The notes below the pieces were generated by a model that searched no databases, was not told the DNA's origin, and was given only the letters and a program-made list of their open reading frames with translations. A stretch of DNA of 64,000 nt from positions 32,001 to 96,000 of the forward strand of contig JAEOTC010000030.1 in the NCBI GenBank assembly GCA_016840035.1, given 5' to 3'. Origin of the DNA: Candidatus Hodarchaeota archaeon (lineage in GTDB: Archaea; Asgardarchaeota; Heimdallarchaeia; Hodarchaeales; Hodarchaeaceae). A program made the position numbers and the translations under genes. Shown piece after piece: positions 1 through 8,866 of the stretch; the first letter of the stretch is position 1, and each line of letters opens with the position of its first letter.

Positions 1-612
1 ATTCGCTTTTTCGATGATATCCTCAGCAAACTCAACTATCGTACTTTTGGAAATAATTTCAGAAGAAAATTGTGTAAATCGAATACTACCCGGTTTTCCT
101 TTTTTTACGAACACATTTGTACCTTGTTTGATGTGAATGCTCATTGTTTCATTATCAAAAAATTTATCAATTTTCAATTGTTTATCAAGTTGTTTTATCA
201 GTCTTGGTTCGACATATATGGTTTCTACTCCCATTGATTGAGCACTCATATCTTGAATCTTATCCGAAGTAACAAGAATGCCTCCTTCTTTCCATGCTAA
301 TTCACGAATTAATGCATCGATCTCTCCCAGTTCAAATTGGCGTGGTTTTCTTCCTGCTACAGAAAATATAACATCGTTTTCTTCACAGATGGATTTTATT
401 AGTTTAAGCTCTTGGAAACCTTCAGTTCCCTTTTTTTTTTCTTGGTTTGCCTGATTTTCGAGCTCTAAAATAAGTGCAAGATGGATAATCACAGATGATC
501 CTGGAAGAATTTGATCATTTTCAATTAAATTCCTTAATCCTCCATTAATGACCGTAGAAGTGTCTGGAATGTAGCGATTCTGTTCTGAATCGATATTATA
601 TCTTCCTACCAT
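1..612 (-). CDS. PIN-domain ATPase (PINA-type Holliday junction branch-migration ATPase), N-terminal part; runs off window
   Basis: Manual translation from ATG at 612 gives MVGRYNIDSEQNRYIPDTSTVING...ELENQAN...GEIDALIRELA...LVTSDKIQ...FFDNETMSIHIKQG...KKGKPG. These are PIN motifs followed by the PINA linker. The start overlaps the stop of the upstream endonuclease gene. Confidence 0.85.
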   Translation of the reverse strand, partial: MVGRYNIDSEQNRYIPDTSTVINGGLRNLIENDQILPGSSVIIHLALILELENQANQEKKKGTEGFQELKLIKSICEENDVIFSVAGRKPRQFELGEIDALIRELAWKEGGILVTSDKIQDMSAQSMGVETIYVEPRLIKQLDKQLKIDKFFDNETMSIHIKQGTNVFVKKGKPGSIRFTQFSSEIISKSTIVEFAEDIIEKAN

Positions 613-1244
613 CAGATTTCCTCCTCCTCAATGTTATTAGACGGAGAAAACTCATCTTTAAATTCATATTCTAGGTTATTATACTCTAGCTCTAATTGAG
701 AAGCTTGGTAGTATGTGACATCTCCCAACCTATCAATAACAGATAAAAGTAACTTTTTTCTATCAATCTTTGCCTGTTTTACAATTTGATCAAGCAAATC
801 GAGATCAACGTCCTCACCTTCAGGAAGCGGATAAATCACGGTTTTACTTACAGATTCTCCAGGTTTACCCCCTCTTGAGTATATTCTGAACGGAGCAGTT
901 ATTCGAGTGCCAATACTTACCACATATCCTCGATTGCGTAAATCTTTGTAAACTAAATATCGACTCCAAAATTTAGGGTTGAGTTTTGTGAAATGAACCA
1001 CTAGTTCATCTGTGGAAAGAGTTTCTCCCGTTTTTTCTGTTTCTAATACAATCCTCCCTCTATCTAAAAGTAATAATATTTCCTCAGGTTCTAAATATAA
1101 TGTCTCCTCTGAACTCCAACGGCCAAAATACCCATTTTCAAAAATTTCAGTAGCTAGTGGTTTGTTTAATTGTAGCTGAGACATGGACAGACTAAAAGGT
1201 ATAGATGGTGGAGATTCATCTTTGGATGATGGTTCTATTGTCAT
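612..1244 (-). CDS. tRNA-splicing endonuclease, probable non-catalytic (structural) subunit
   Basis: EndA fold motifs LYLEPEEILLL, YLVYKDLRNRGY and VIDRLGDVTYY are present. The GxKFGxDF and catalytic His motifs are replaced (GTRITAPF...GESVSK). Confidence 0.8.
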   Translation of the reverse strand: MTIEPSSKDESPPSIPFSLSMSQLQLNKPLATEIFENGYFGRWSSEETLYLEPEEILLLLDRGRIVLETEKTGETLSTDELVVHFTKLNPKFWSRYLVYKDLRNRGYVVSIGTRITAPFRIYSRGGKPGESVSKTVIYPLPEGEDVDLDLLDQIVKQAKIDRKKLLLSVIDRLGDVTYYQASQLELEYNNLEYEFKDEFSPSNNIEEEEI

Positions 1245-1687
1245 TTCTCTTAATTCCAGTGATTGATTTGGGTGACATCGTGAGAAATGTGAAATCAGAT
1301 AATTTTTCTGTTCCGTTACTAATTTCTCCTCATTTAAGACAATGTAAAGATCATTTTTTAAAATAAATACAATATTAGGTCAAACGATCCTTGACTCTTA
1401 AATGAATGAATAGTGTGATTTTTATCAGAAATAACGACCCTCTAATTTCTATCAATAATATTGTATTCTAATCAGCTGTCTCTCTGTAATTCTTGACTTT
1501 ATATCTCCGAATAGATTTTTCCTCCTTAAAATCATGGAAGAAAAACAAAGAATACCAATAGAGAAAAACAAAAACAAAAAAACCCCAAAGAAAAAGCAAG
1601 AGATAGACGTGTATTAGATTCTACAAAGATATACGGTTCTCAATTGAAGAAATTTTCAAATTATAAAGAGATAGGAGAGCGTAAACG

Positions 1688-2686
1688 TTGGGTCACAGAA
1701 AAAAACATGCACCACATCGAGGATCTCTAGGATATCGAAGAAAGAAAACAAGACGTCATACTTCTCGAATAAGAACTTGGTCTTCATCTACTGAGTCAAG
1801 GTTACTTGGTTTTGCTGGTTATAAGGCTGGAATGACGCATATTGCTTTGATCAATACTGATCGTAGATCCCCCTATTACAAACAAGAACAATTTGTACCA
1901 GTAACTGTAATTGAAACACCTCCTATTGTCATATTTAGCATTAGAACATATATTAAAGATCCAGTGACAAACCAGATCAAAGTTCGTAGCCAAATTTGGG
2001 GTGAGAAAGTTGAAAAAGACCTTGGTTTACGATTACAAGTCCCTAAGAGCAAGCAGAAATTAAAACAAGCTCTTGCATTGGAGAAGGAGACCCTTAATAA
2101 GGTTGTTGAAGTAAGAGTATTAGCTCATACTCATCCAAGAGAAGCTGGACTTTCACAGAAAAAACCCGATATCATTGAAATTAAGGTCGGGGGTAAGGTT
2201 TCAGAAGCATTTGATTATGCTGTCGAAATATTGGATAAAAAAATATCTTTAGATGACGTTTACAAAGCTAGTGATTTTGTAGATGTAAATGCAGTAACTA
2301 AAGGAAAAGGATTTGCTGGGCCTGTCAAGAGACATGGAATTAAAATATTACCTAGAAAAACTCGTAAAGGAAGACGAGTTGTTGGATGTATAGGTCCTTG
2401 GCATCCAGCCAGAGTTATGTGGACTGTACCTAGGGCTGGGCAGCTAGGAAATTTCAACAGAACCGAGTACAACAAGCAGATATTAAAGATTGGAGAGGAT
2501 GGAGAAGAAGTCACGCCTTCTAATGGGTTTAAACGATATGGTAGAGTTTCTCGACATTGTCTAATCCGTGGAAGCGTTCCCGGTTCAACAAAAAGATTAA
2601 TCCGATTACGGGACCCAATTAGACCAAAACCTGTTGATATCGAGGATTTACAAATAACATATATCAGCACTGCTGCGAAGAATTAG
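1688..2686 (+). CDS. rpl3: 50S ribosomal protein L3
   Basis: GYKAGMTH, TKGKGFAGPVKR, GCIGPWHP; TTG start. Confidence 0.97.
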   Translation: MGHRKKHAPHRGSLGYRRKKTRRHTSRIRTWSSSTESRLLGFAGYKAGMTHIALINTDRRSPYYKQEQFVPVTVIETPPIVIFSIRTYIKDPVTNQIKVRSQIWGEKVEKDLGLRLQVPKSKQKLKQALALEKETLNKVVEVRVLAHTHPREAGLSQKKPDIIEIKVGGKVSEAFDYAVEILDKKISLDDVYKASDFVDVNAVTKGKGFAGPVKRHGIKILPRKTRKGRRVVGCIGPWHPARVMWTVPRAGQLGNFNRTEYNKQILKIGEDGEEVTPSNGFKRYGRVSRHCLIRGSVPGSTKRLIRLRDPIRPKPVDIEDLQITYISTAAKN

Positions 2687-2699
2687 CAAGTTTGAAGAG

Positions 2700-3506
2700 A
2701 TGTGGAAAGAAATGAAATCTACAAAGGTACCAGTTTTCGATACTGAAGGAAAAGAAGTTGAAAAAATACAGATTGCAGAAATATTTCAAACTCCTTTTCG
2801 GCCAGATTTAATAAAAAGAGCGGTTCTCGCTAGTCGTCGTAACAGACAGATTCCCTATGGAGTCGATCCAAGAGCAGGAAAGCGAACATCTGCAGAAAGC
2901 TGGGGAACTGGTCGTGGTGCAGCCAGAGTACCACGTGTAAAAGGATCCAGAACTCATTCGGCAAGTCGCGCGGCGTTAATCCCATTTGCAGTCGGTGGTC
3001 GAAGAACTCATCCACCAGAAGCTGATCAGAATTTCACTGAAAAGATTAATAAAAAAGAAAGGCTCATAGCTAGAAGCTCGGCAATTGCAGCTACATCCGA
3101 TCCAGTGCTGGTGGAATCACGAGGACACATAATTGAAGAAGTTAATTTCTTACCTTTAGTTGTATCTGATGACCTTGAATCTTTGAAGAAAACTAAAGAA
3201 GTTCACTTAGCATTTAAAAATTTAGGATTATCTTATGATTTGGCCAAAGCAAAACGTAGAAATTCTCATGTGCGTGCAGGAAAAGGTAAACGACGAGGAA
3301 GAAAATATAAAACTGGAAAATCCGTTTTACTTGTAGTAGCTAATGATATGGGGATACTTAAAGCTGCTAAAAACATTTCTGGTGTTGATGTTGTATTTAT
3401 CGATCAATTAAATACTGAACATCTTGCTCCAGGGACACACGCTGGACGCTTAACAATATGGACCAAATCTGCAATTAATTATCTTAAAGAATTAGAAAAG
3501 AATTAA
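2700..3506 (+). CDS. rpl4: 50S ribosomal protein L4
   Basis: SAESWGTGRGAARVPR, RAGKGKRRGR, LAPGTHAGRL. Confidence 0.97.
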   Translation: MWKEMKSTKVPVFDTEGKEVEKIQIAEIFQTPFRPDLIKRAVLASRRNRQIPYGVDPRAGKRTSAESWGTGRGAARVPRVKGSRTHSASRAALIPFAVGGRRTHPPEADQNFTEKINKKERLIARSSAIAATSDPVLVESRGHIIEEVNFLPLVVSDDLESLKKTKEVHLAFKNLGLSYDLAKAKRRNSHVRAGKGKRRGRKYKTGKSVLLVVANDMGILKAAKNISGVDVVFIDQLNTEHLAPGTHAGRLTIWTKSAINYLKELEKN

Positions 3507-3540
3507 ATCTAAGAAATTGAAATACCTAGGTTGGAGTTAA

Positions 3541-3816
3541 ATGAAATTCGACCATCCTCAAGACATAATTAAATACCCTCTAATCACAGAATCGGCGTTC
3601 AACAAGATGGACGACATAAATGAAAATGCCTTAGTTTTCATTGTCGATCGTCACGCTACAAAACACCAGATCAAACAGGCTTTCGAGTCACTATACAAAG
3701 TCAGTGTGGTGAAAGTAAACACACTTATCACTCCACAAGGTAAAAAGAAGGCCTTTATCAAGCTTGTTCCTGAAAATAGTGCTTTAGATCTAGCAACAGA
3801 AGTAGGAATAATATAA
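3541..3816 (+). CDS. rpl23: 50S ribosomal protein L23
   Basis: YPLITE, KVNTLITPQGKKKAFIKL; operon position. Confidence 0.96.
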   Translation: MKFDHPQDIIKYPLITESAFNKMDDINENALVFIVDRHATKHQIKQAFESLYKVSVVKVNTLITPQGKKKAFIKLVPENSALDLATEVGII

Positions 3817-3829
3817 AAAGGTGATTTAA

Positions 3830-4576
3830 ATGGGAAAAAGAATTTTAGTACAAAGGCGAGGACGTGGATCCCCAGTTTTCCGTGCATTATCGCATCGAAG
3901 AAGAGGAAAAGCACGTTATCTACCTATTAAAGAACCAGAACTCACAGGTAAAATCGGATTTACGATAATCGATTTCATTCATGAAATGGGTCGTGGACTT
4001 CCCTTAATGCTTGTACGGTATGATGATGGGGATGAGTGTCTTTTACCTGCTCCTGAAGGAGTTCATGTAGGTCAAAAATGCGAACAAGGAGAATCAGCAG
4101 AATTAGAGGTTGGAAATGTTGTCCCAGTACACAAAATCCCTGAAGGAGTTTGGATCTGTAACATTGAGATGCGACCCGGAGATGGTGGAGCACTTTGTCG
4201 CGCATCAGGGACACATGGTCAAGTTCGTGGTCAATCTAAATCTGGACCTTCAATTCAACTCCCCTCAAAATATACGCGACAAGTTCACAAAAATTCCCGA
4301 GCGATGGTTGGTGTAATTTCTGCTGGTGGTCGCCCTGATCGTCCGTTTCTGAAAGCCGGATTAAAAAGAGCATTTATGAGAGCAAAAGGTCATAAGGCAT
4401 TCCCTGTCGTCCGAGGCGTCGCAATGAATATTGTATCACACCCATTTGGTGGTGGGGCACATCAGGGGCCAGGACAACCTACTACAGTTTCGCGAAATGC
4501 TCCTCCAGGTCGAAAAGTAGGCTTGATTGCTGCACGAAGAACTGGTCCGAAAAGAGGACGAATAAGAAGAGAATGA
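3830..4576 (+). CDS. rpl2: 50S ribosomal protein L2
   Basis: MGKRILVQRRGRG, VRGVAMN..SHPFGGG, PPGRKVGLIAARRTG. Confidence 0.97.
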   Translation: MGKRILVQRRGRGSPVFRALSHRRRGKARYLPIKEPELTGKIGFTIIDFIHEMGRGLPLMLVRYDDGDECLLPAPEGVHVGQKCEQGESAELEVGNVVPVHKIPEGVWICNIEMRPGDGGALCRASGTHGQVRGQSKSGPSIQLPSKYTRQVHKNSRAMVGVISAGGRPDRPFLKAGLKRAFMRAKGHKAFPVVRGVAMNIVSHPFGGGAHQGPGQPTTVSRNAPPGRKVGLIAARRTGPKRGRIRRE

Positions 4577-4584
4577 GGGTAAAA

Positions 4585-5229
4585 TTACCCAGATATTTTC
4601 TTTTTCACTTTTTTTAACCTTACGAAAGATTCTCTCTCACGTTCGGCTAAAGTTAGGCGTATCCACTTTACAGTTGCTACAATTCTTGGAATGATTATGT
4701 AGTTTAATGCATTAACTCGTCTTTTTGTCTCAATTATCTCTTTAGATAATCGAGAAATAGCAGACTGGACTTCTGCTAACTGAATAATTGCTTGTAAGCA
4801 TTCTTTAAATAAAAATAGATTTTTATCAAATTTGGCTGTTGTTCGTTTCAATGAATATGAAATATTCTTTTGATTATCTTCCTCCGTATCAATTAGATTA
4901 AACATTGGAACTGAAATACCCATTAGACTTCGTTTTTTACTTTCTAGTTGATATGCCTGTTTGAAGTTAGATACAACTCCTCTTAATTCTGTAATACCCA
5001 ATTGAAGCTCTAATTTCCTATATTCATCTTGGGCAAGTCTAGTTTTTTCCAGAGCTTTCTCTCGTTTTTCCTTGTAGGTATTCACAGAGGTAAGAAGTTC
5101 TCCAGTCAGCGCTTCAAGTTTTTCGCTAAGTAATTCATATCCTTTTGTAGCTAACTCCAATCGTTGATTGAGCTCCAATAGCTGCATACGAGTTGGGGTA
5201 ATTCCTGGAATAATCTCTTCCGTACTCAT
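4585..5229 (-). CDS. atpD: V/A-type ATP synthase subunit D
   Basis: PTRMQLL...GYELLSEK; ETKRRVNALNYIIIP; ERERESFVRLKK. Confidence 0.95.
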   Translation of the reverse strand: MSTEEIIPGITPTRMQLLELNQRLELATKGYELLSEKLEALTGELLTSVNTYKEKREKALEKTRLAQDEYRKLELQLGITELRGVVSNFKQAYQLESKKRSLMGISVPMFNLIDTEEDNQKNISYSLKRTTAKFDKNLFLFKECLQAIIQLAEVQSAISRLSKEIIETKRRVNALNYIIIPRIVATVKWIRLTLAERERESFVRLKKVKKKISG

Positions 5230-5377
5230 CTTGGAACCTCTAAATTCATTTGGTTAATCTTTATAAACAGAATCAGTAAAAGTCTGTTATTTCTGACTTC
5301 TATTGGGTTTTAATGGGTTTATTTCTTACAAGCTTTGATTTTATTACTGATCTTTATCACTTTGCATATTTTATTAA

Positions 5378-5492
5378 TGCGGGGGGTGAGATTTGAACTC
5401 ACGAAAGTCTACACTAACAGATCTCTTCATCTATCTCTTGATGAGAACAAATCTTGAGTCTGTCCCCGTTGACCTGGCTAGGGAACCCCCGC
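5378..5492 (-). tRNA. tRNA-Leu(CAA) with 30-nt intron at 37/38 (5423-5452)
   Basis: Reverse strand reads GCGGGGG...ACAGA-CT-CAA-G[30 nt]A-TCTGT, long variable arm, GTGAG TTCAAAT CTCAC CCCCCGC A. The scaffold is near-identical to the intronless Leu tRNA at 22556. Confidence 0.93.
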
Positions 5493-5592
5493 TATCAGTA
5501 CCATATCATCTACATAATTTTTATGTGAGTATCAATCAAATAAGAAGGAAATTTAAAGATTTCGGGAATGAAAATCGCTGATTTCTTACCCT

Positions 5593-6465
5593 TCATATAT
5601 CCTCAAGTCGACTAAACGTAATCATCATTGCCTCTTCTAATCTCAATGATCGTGTACCATATTTTTCCAAAATATTTACACATGTATCAAAGATATCCGT
5701 TATTTTTTTTCCTTCAGCTTTCAGTAATTTGGGAATTCCACTATATGGCCCTCCAAATACAATTATCATATCTTTTTTCATATCTATCTTCTGATTTAAG
5801 GTAGAAAAGGGTTCACAGGTTCTGGAGGTTGCTATTTTGTATTCAGATCTGTTTGCTAATACTTTACTCAGTGTTTGCTGATAAGCATTTACAGAATAAC
5901 CCCAATATTCTTTTTTGGGAGGACTGGCTAAGACCTGTGCCTTGAATCTTCCATTAGCCTTGATTATCTGCACTGTGACACGGATAGTCTTATCTTTTAG
6001 TGATTTTTTCCATCCCACGACCTCAAGAAGTTCTTTTCCTCCTACATCAGCAACTACACGATTTTGATTTAGAAAAATCACGCCCTCTCGTATTTCATTT
6101 CGTTTTAAATCACGAGTTTTCATGTGATGAGGAATGGCAAGCGGGGATAATATTCCAACAGCTGCAGTATCTCGTGAGAGAGGAAAAAGTCGTTTTCGTA
6201 AGTACTGAGGGCATTCAATATATTTTAAGATTCTAGTAATGATTCTTCGCTCTCGATTTGCACGAGCAGGTTTTAATAGAGGATCATGATATATTATAAT
6301 GTTACTAATCTGAAATATGGCTGCTATCCTGCTTAATTGAAAGAGCTTTTCAGTTTTTGACCGTAGATCGCTGTTATCGCTTACAGCGGAATCAGGTATA
6401 GCTATGGAGCGATGTAGAGGCATAATTCTCATCAACCTTCTGGTGATGTAATAAAGTAATAACAA
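5593..6465 (-). CDS. SPOUT-class RNA methyltransferase (DUF171/MTH1-like)
   Basis: SIAIPDS, ECPQYLRKRLFP, PLAIPHH, YWGY, FGGPYSG, GTRSLRLEEA. Confidence 0.9.
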   Translation of the reverse strand: MLLLYYITRRLMRIMPLHRSIAIPDSAVSDNSDLRSKTEKLFQLSRIAAIFQISNIIIYHDPLLKPARANRERRIITRILKYIECPQYLRKRLFPLSRDTAAVGILSPLAIPHHMKTRDLKRNEIREGVIFLNQNRVVADVGGKELLEVVGWKKSLKDKTIRVTVQIIKANGRFKAQVLASPPKKEYWGYSVNAYQQTLSKVLANRSEYKIATSRTCEPFSTLNQKIDMKKDMIIVFGGPYSGIPKLLKAEGKKITDIFDTCVNILEKYGTRSLRLEEAMMITFSRLEDI

Positions 6466-6506
6466 TCAAATTAATTTGAATTTAGTCTAATTCTTCCTAT
6501 GACGTG

Positions 6507-7409
6507 TTATGATTCTCTCTCCTTGTCATATTCAAATATATATGCGCGGATAATATCTCTTGTGTTGATAATCCCCAAGATATCACCACTGACACTAACT
6601 ACAGGCATTTGATCCAGATTTTTCTGAACCATTTTTTTAGTAACTTCATGAATTGTCGTTCCAGTGTAGCAGAGTTCGACATTTCTTTCCATAATATCAA
6701 TTACTTTCATATTGCTAGGAAGAGTAAGCGTCTTTGATCCAATAATTAGTACCGATTCACTATCCCAAGAAGAACTATCATTTTCCGCACCATGCCCAGT
6801 ACGGCTGGTACTTTGAGAATCCAAAATCTCTGCCACCTTTAAGAAGTCATTCTGAGTAATAATCCCAATCATCCCAGACTCATTAAGAACTGGTAATCCT
6901 TTTTGGTGACTAACTCGAAGTATCTTAGCCGCGATATTTACCGGTGTTTCTTCCCATATCGTTGTTACATTAGGATTAAAATAACTCTTGACATCTAATT
7001 GAATTTTTGCTTTAAGAATAACTTTTTTGATGATATCATTCCTAGCCACTAATCCAAGGAGAGTTTTATCATCCTCATCAACAATAGGAATTCTTTGGAA
7101 TACATTGTCTCTATATATTCTAGCGGCATCGATTACAAGATCAGTAGGTTTTAGAGTAATAACATCTCTTTTCATCAATAATGATAGTTGAGTTTCATCA
7201 GGATTTCTGAATAGATCGGATCTAGATAGGATTCCGACAAATTCATCAGAATCTTTTCTTAATACAGGGTAAACACTCAAACCTGTTTTACGAATAGCTT
7301 CAATCAATACATCTCTATTACCAGGGATTCTCATCGTAACGAGATCTTCTTTTTGAGTCATTATTTCAGAAATAGGAATATTTTCCATTATCATACTCAG
7401 CCTATTCAT
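6507..7409 (-). CDS. Tandem CBS-domain protein (4 CBS)
   Basis: Repeated hPVh...GIh(S/T)xxDh CBS motifs. Confidence 0.9.
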   Translation of the reverse strand: MNRLSMIMENIPISEIMTQKEDLVTMRIPGNRDVLIEAIRKTGLSVYPVLRKDSDEFVGILSRSDLFRNPDETQLSLLMKRDVITLKPTDLVIDAARIYRDNVFQRIPIVDEDDKTLLGLVARNDIIKKVILKAKIQLDVKSYFNPNVTTIWEETPVNIAAKILRVSHQKGLPVLNESGMIGIITQNDFLKVAEILDSQSTSRTGHGAENDSSSWDSESVLIIGSKTLTLPSNMKVIDIMERNVELCYTGTTIHEVTKKMVQKNLDQMPVVSVSGDILGIINTRDIIRAYIFEYDKERES

Positions 7410-7474
7410 ATTGTATTTATTTAACTTCTAGAAGCATGCAGAAAAAAATTCTGCTAAAAATGTTAGATCTGATG

Positions 7475-7651
7475 TTATTGAAGCAGATTTAAGATGAGAA
7501 TAAGTCCTACAAATGCGATCGCTAGTCCAACTGTCCAATAAGGGCCAATTTTTAACCCTGGTGAATCCGATTCGGAATAAAACCTAATTAATCCTGCACC
7601 TGTGGCAGGCATCGGAGAATCATCACGTTTTTTCGTTTTTCTGACACTCAT
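7475..7651 (-). CDS. sec61b: Preprotein translocase subunit Sec61beta (not in ORF track)
   Basis: Manual translation gives MSVRKTKKRDDSPMPATGAGLIRFYSESDSPGLKIGPYWTVGLAIAFVGLILILNLLQ (58 aa), with the AGLIRFY...GLKIGP signature and a C-terminal TM. Confidence 0.93.
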   Translation of the reverse strand: MSVRKTKKRDDSPMPATGAGLIRFYSESDSPGLKIGPYWTVGLAIAFVGLILILNLLQ

Positions 7652-7872
7652 ATTCTAAGCTCCTGTCTTAAATGCCTAGATCGATGTGAACATCGTTTCA
7701 AGTAGTCTGATTCCTGATTTACTTAAGAAGTTTTACATCCAGATAAACATTTGGTTGAGACTGCAGTTAGTTATTGAGTCTTAATATCCGAAATTCTTCT
7801 TAGCATTCGAATTGTCGATTGTTTATCAATTAAGAATATTTTGTAGAGTTCAATTTCGAAGGGTTATCTACC

Positions 7873-8676
7873 TCATTCTGACCAAATCAATCCAGAAATA
7901 AAGGCGACTCCTTTATCTAATCGCCACCATATCCAGTCTAACCAATCTGCGAACTGGTCAATTATTGGAACGCCCATTCGCTCAATGATTAGGGCAAACA
8001 AGATCGTTCCGAAGAATCCAATTATTTTAGATGAAACATCATGTGCCCAGTAAAAGGCTGTTTCGGAATCCATTCCAAATTGTGTAACTAAGAAAGATAC
8101 ACACCAAAGATGGAATGTAATTCTTAATGTATTTCCAATGAATAAGGCAAAGAAAAACACAGCGCTTGCTTGAATCTTAGCCTTCCAAGTTGCTTCGGCA
8201 ATCATTATAATAGCAATGAGTAATCCTCCAGCTTGCATGCCAGTACATGCCTTTACAATCCAATAATCACCATTTGTAGATGGAATATGAATTCCTGGAG
8301 TTTGTGATGTTGCTTCAAGAAATGGAAATTCCCCTCCTTTCAAAAAATCAGGAATAACAGAAGTTGGATCAAGAGTTGGGATAGGTGAGTTTTCAATGTT
8401 TAGAAAAGTAAGTATTTCGTGAATAATGTTTCGTGTAGGGATTTCTAAAAAGACCCAATCAGGAACAGTATAAATCAAAAATGTTATTAAAGTGGCTATT
8501 AGCAAAGATGATACCATTAATTTGTCGTTATGGAATCGTTTAAGTTTGGTGGAAGGAGTTATTTCTTCAATTAAATGACCTTTTCCTTCTTCTGGTTGAT
8601 TTCCCACAAATTCATTGTTTGATTCACTGCTACTAGTCATCACATTACACTTCGAGTACCCTTTTCGATAGGCCAT
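7873..8676 (-). CDS. Archaeosortase/exosortase family membrane protein
   Basis: Multi-TM; catalytic triad-like motifs ACTG (Cys), GNTLRI (Arg) and WAHD (His). Confidence 0.82.
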   Translation of the reverse strand: MAYRKGYSKCNVMTSSSESNNEFVGNQPEEGKGHLIEEITPSTKLKRFHNDKLMVSSLLIATLITFLIYTVPDWVFLEIPTRNIIHEILTFLNIENSPIPTLDPTSVIPDFLKGGEFPFLEATSQTPGIHIPSTNGDYWIVKACTGMQAGGLLIAIIMIAEATWKAKIQASAVFFFALFIGNTLRITFHLWCVSFLVTQFGMDSETAFYWAHDVSSKIIGFFGTILFALIIERMGVPIIDQFADWLDWIWWRLDKGVAFISGLIWSE

Positions 8677-8866
8677 TTTGTTGTTTAGATTAATACTTTA
8701 TTTCGAATGCAAAATTCGATAATTAATCCACTAATATGAGAAGTTCGATTAGTCCTTAAAATTGTTTATTTTCGTTTCTCAAATTAAATTAACTTCAGTA
8801 GACTACGAGATTACTCGAGAATTAGTATTTAAACAATTCTTTCTTCTGATCTGAAGTTCTTTCGGT

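Noticed and set aside
1536-1606. A-rich purine tract upstream of rpl3 (similar tract at about 36790-36840)
   Set aside because: Low complexity without a defined repeat unit or structure; no function can be supported.
5393-5581. 62-aa plus-strand ORF
   Set aside because: It is antisense to tRNA-Leu(CAA) and has no protein features.
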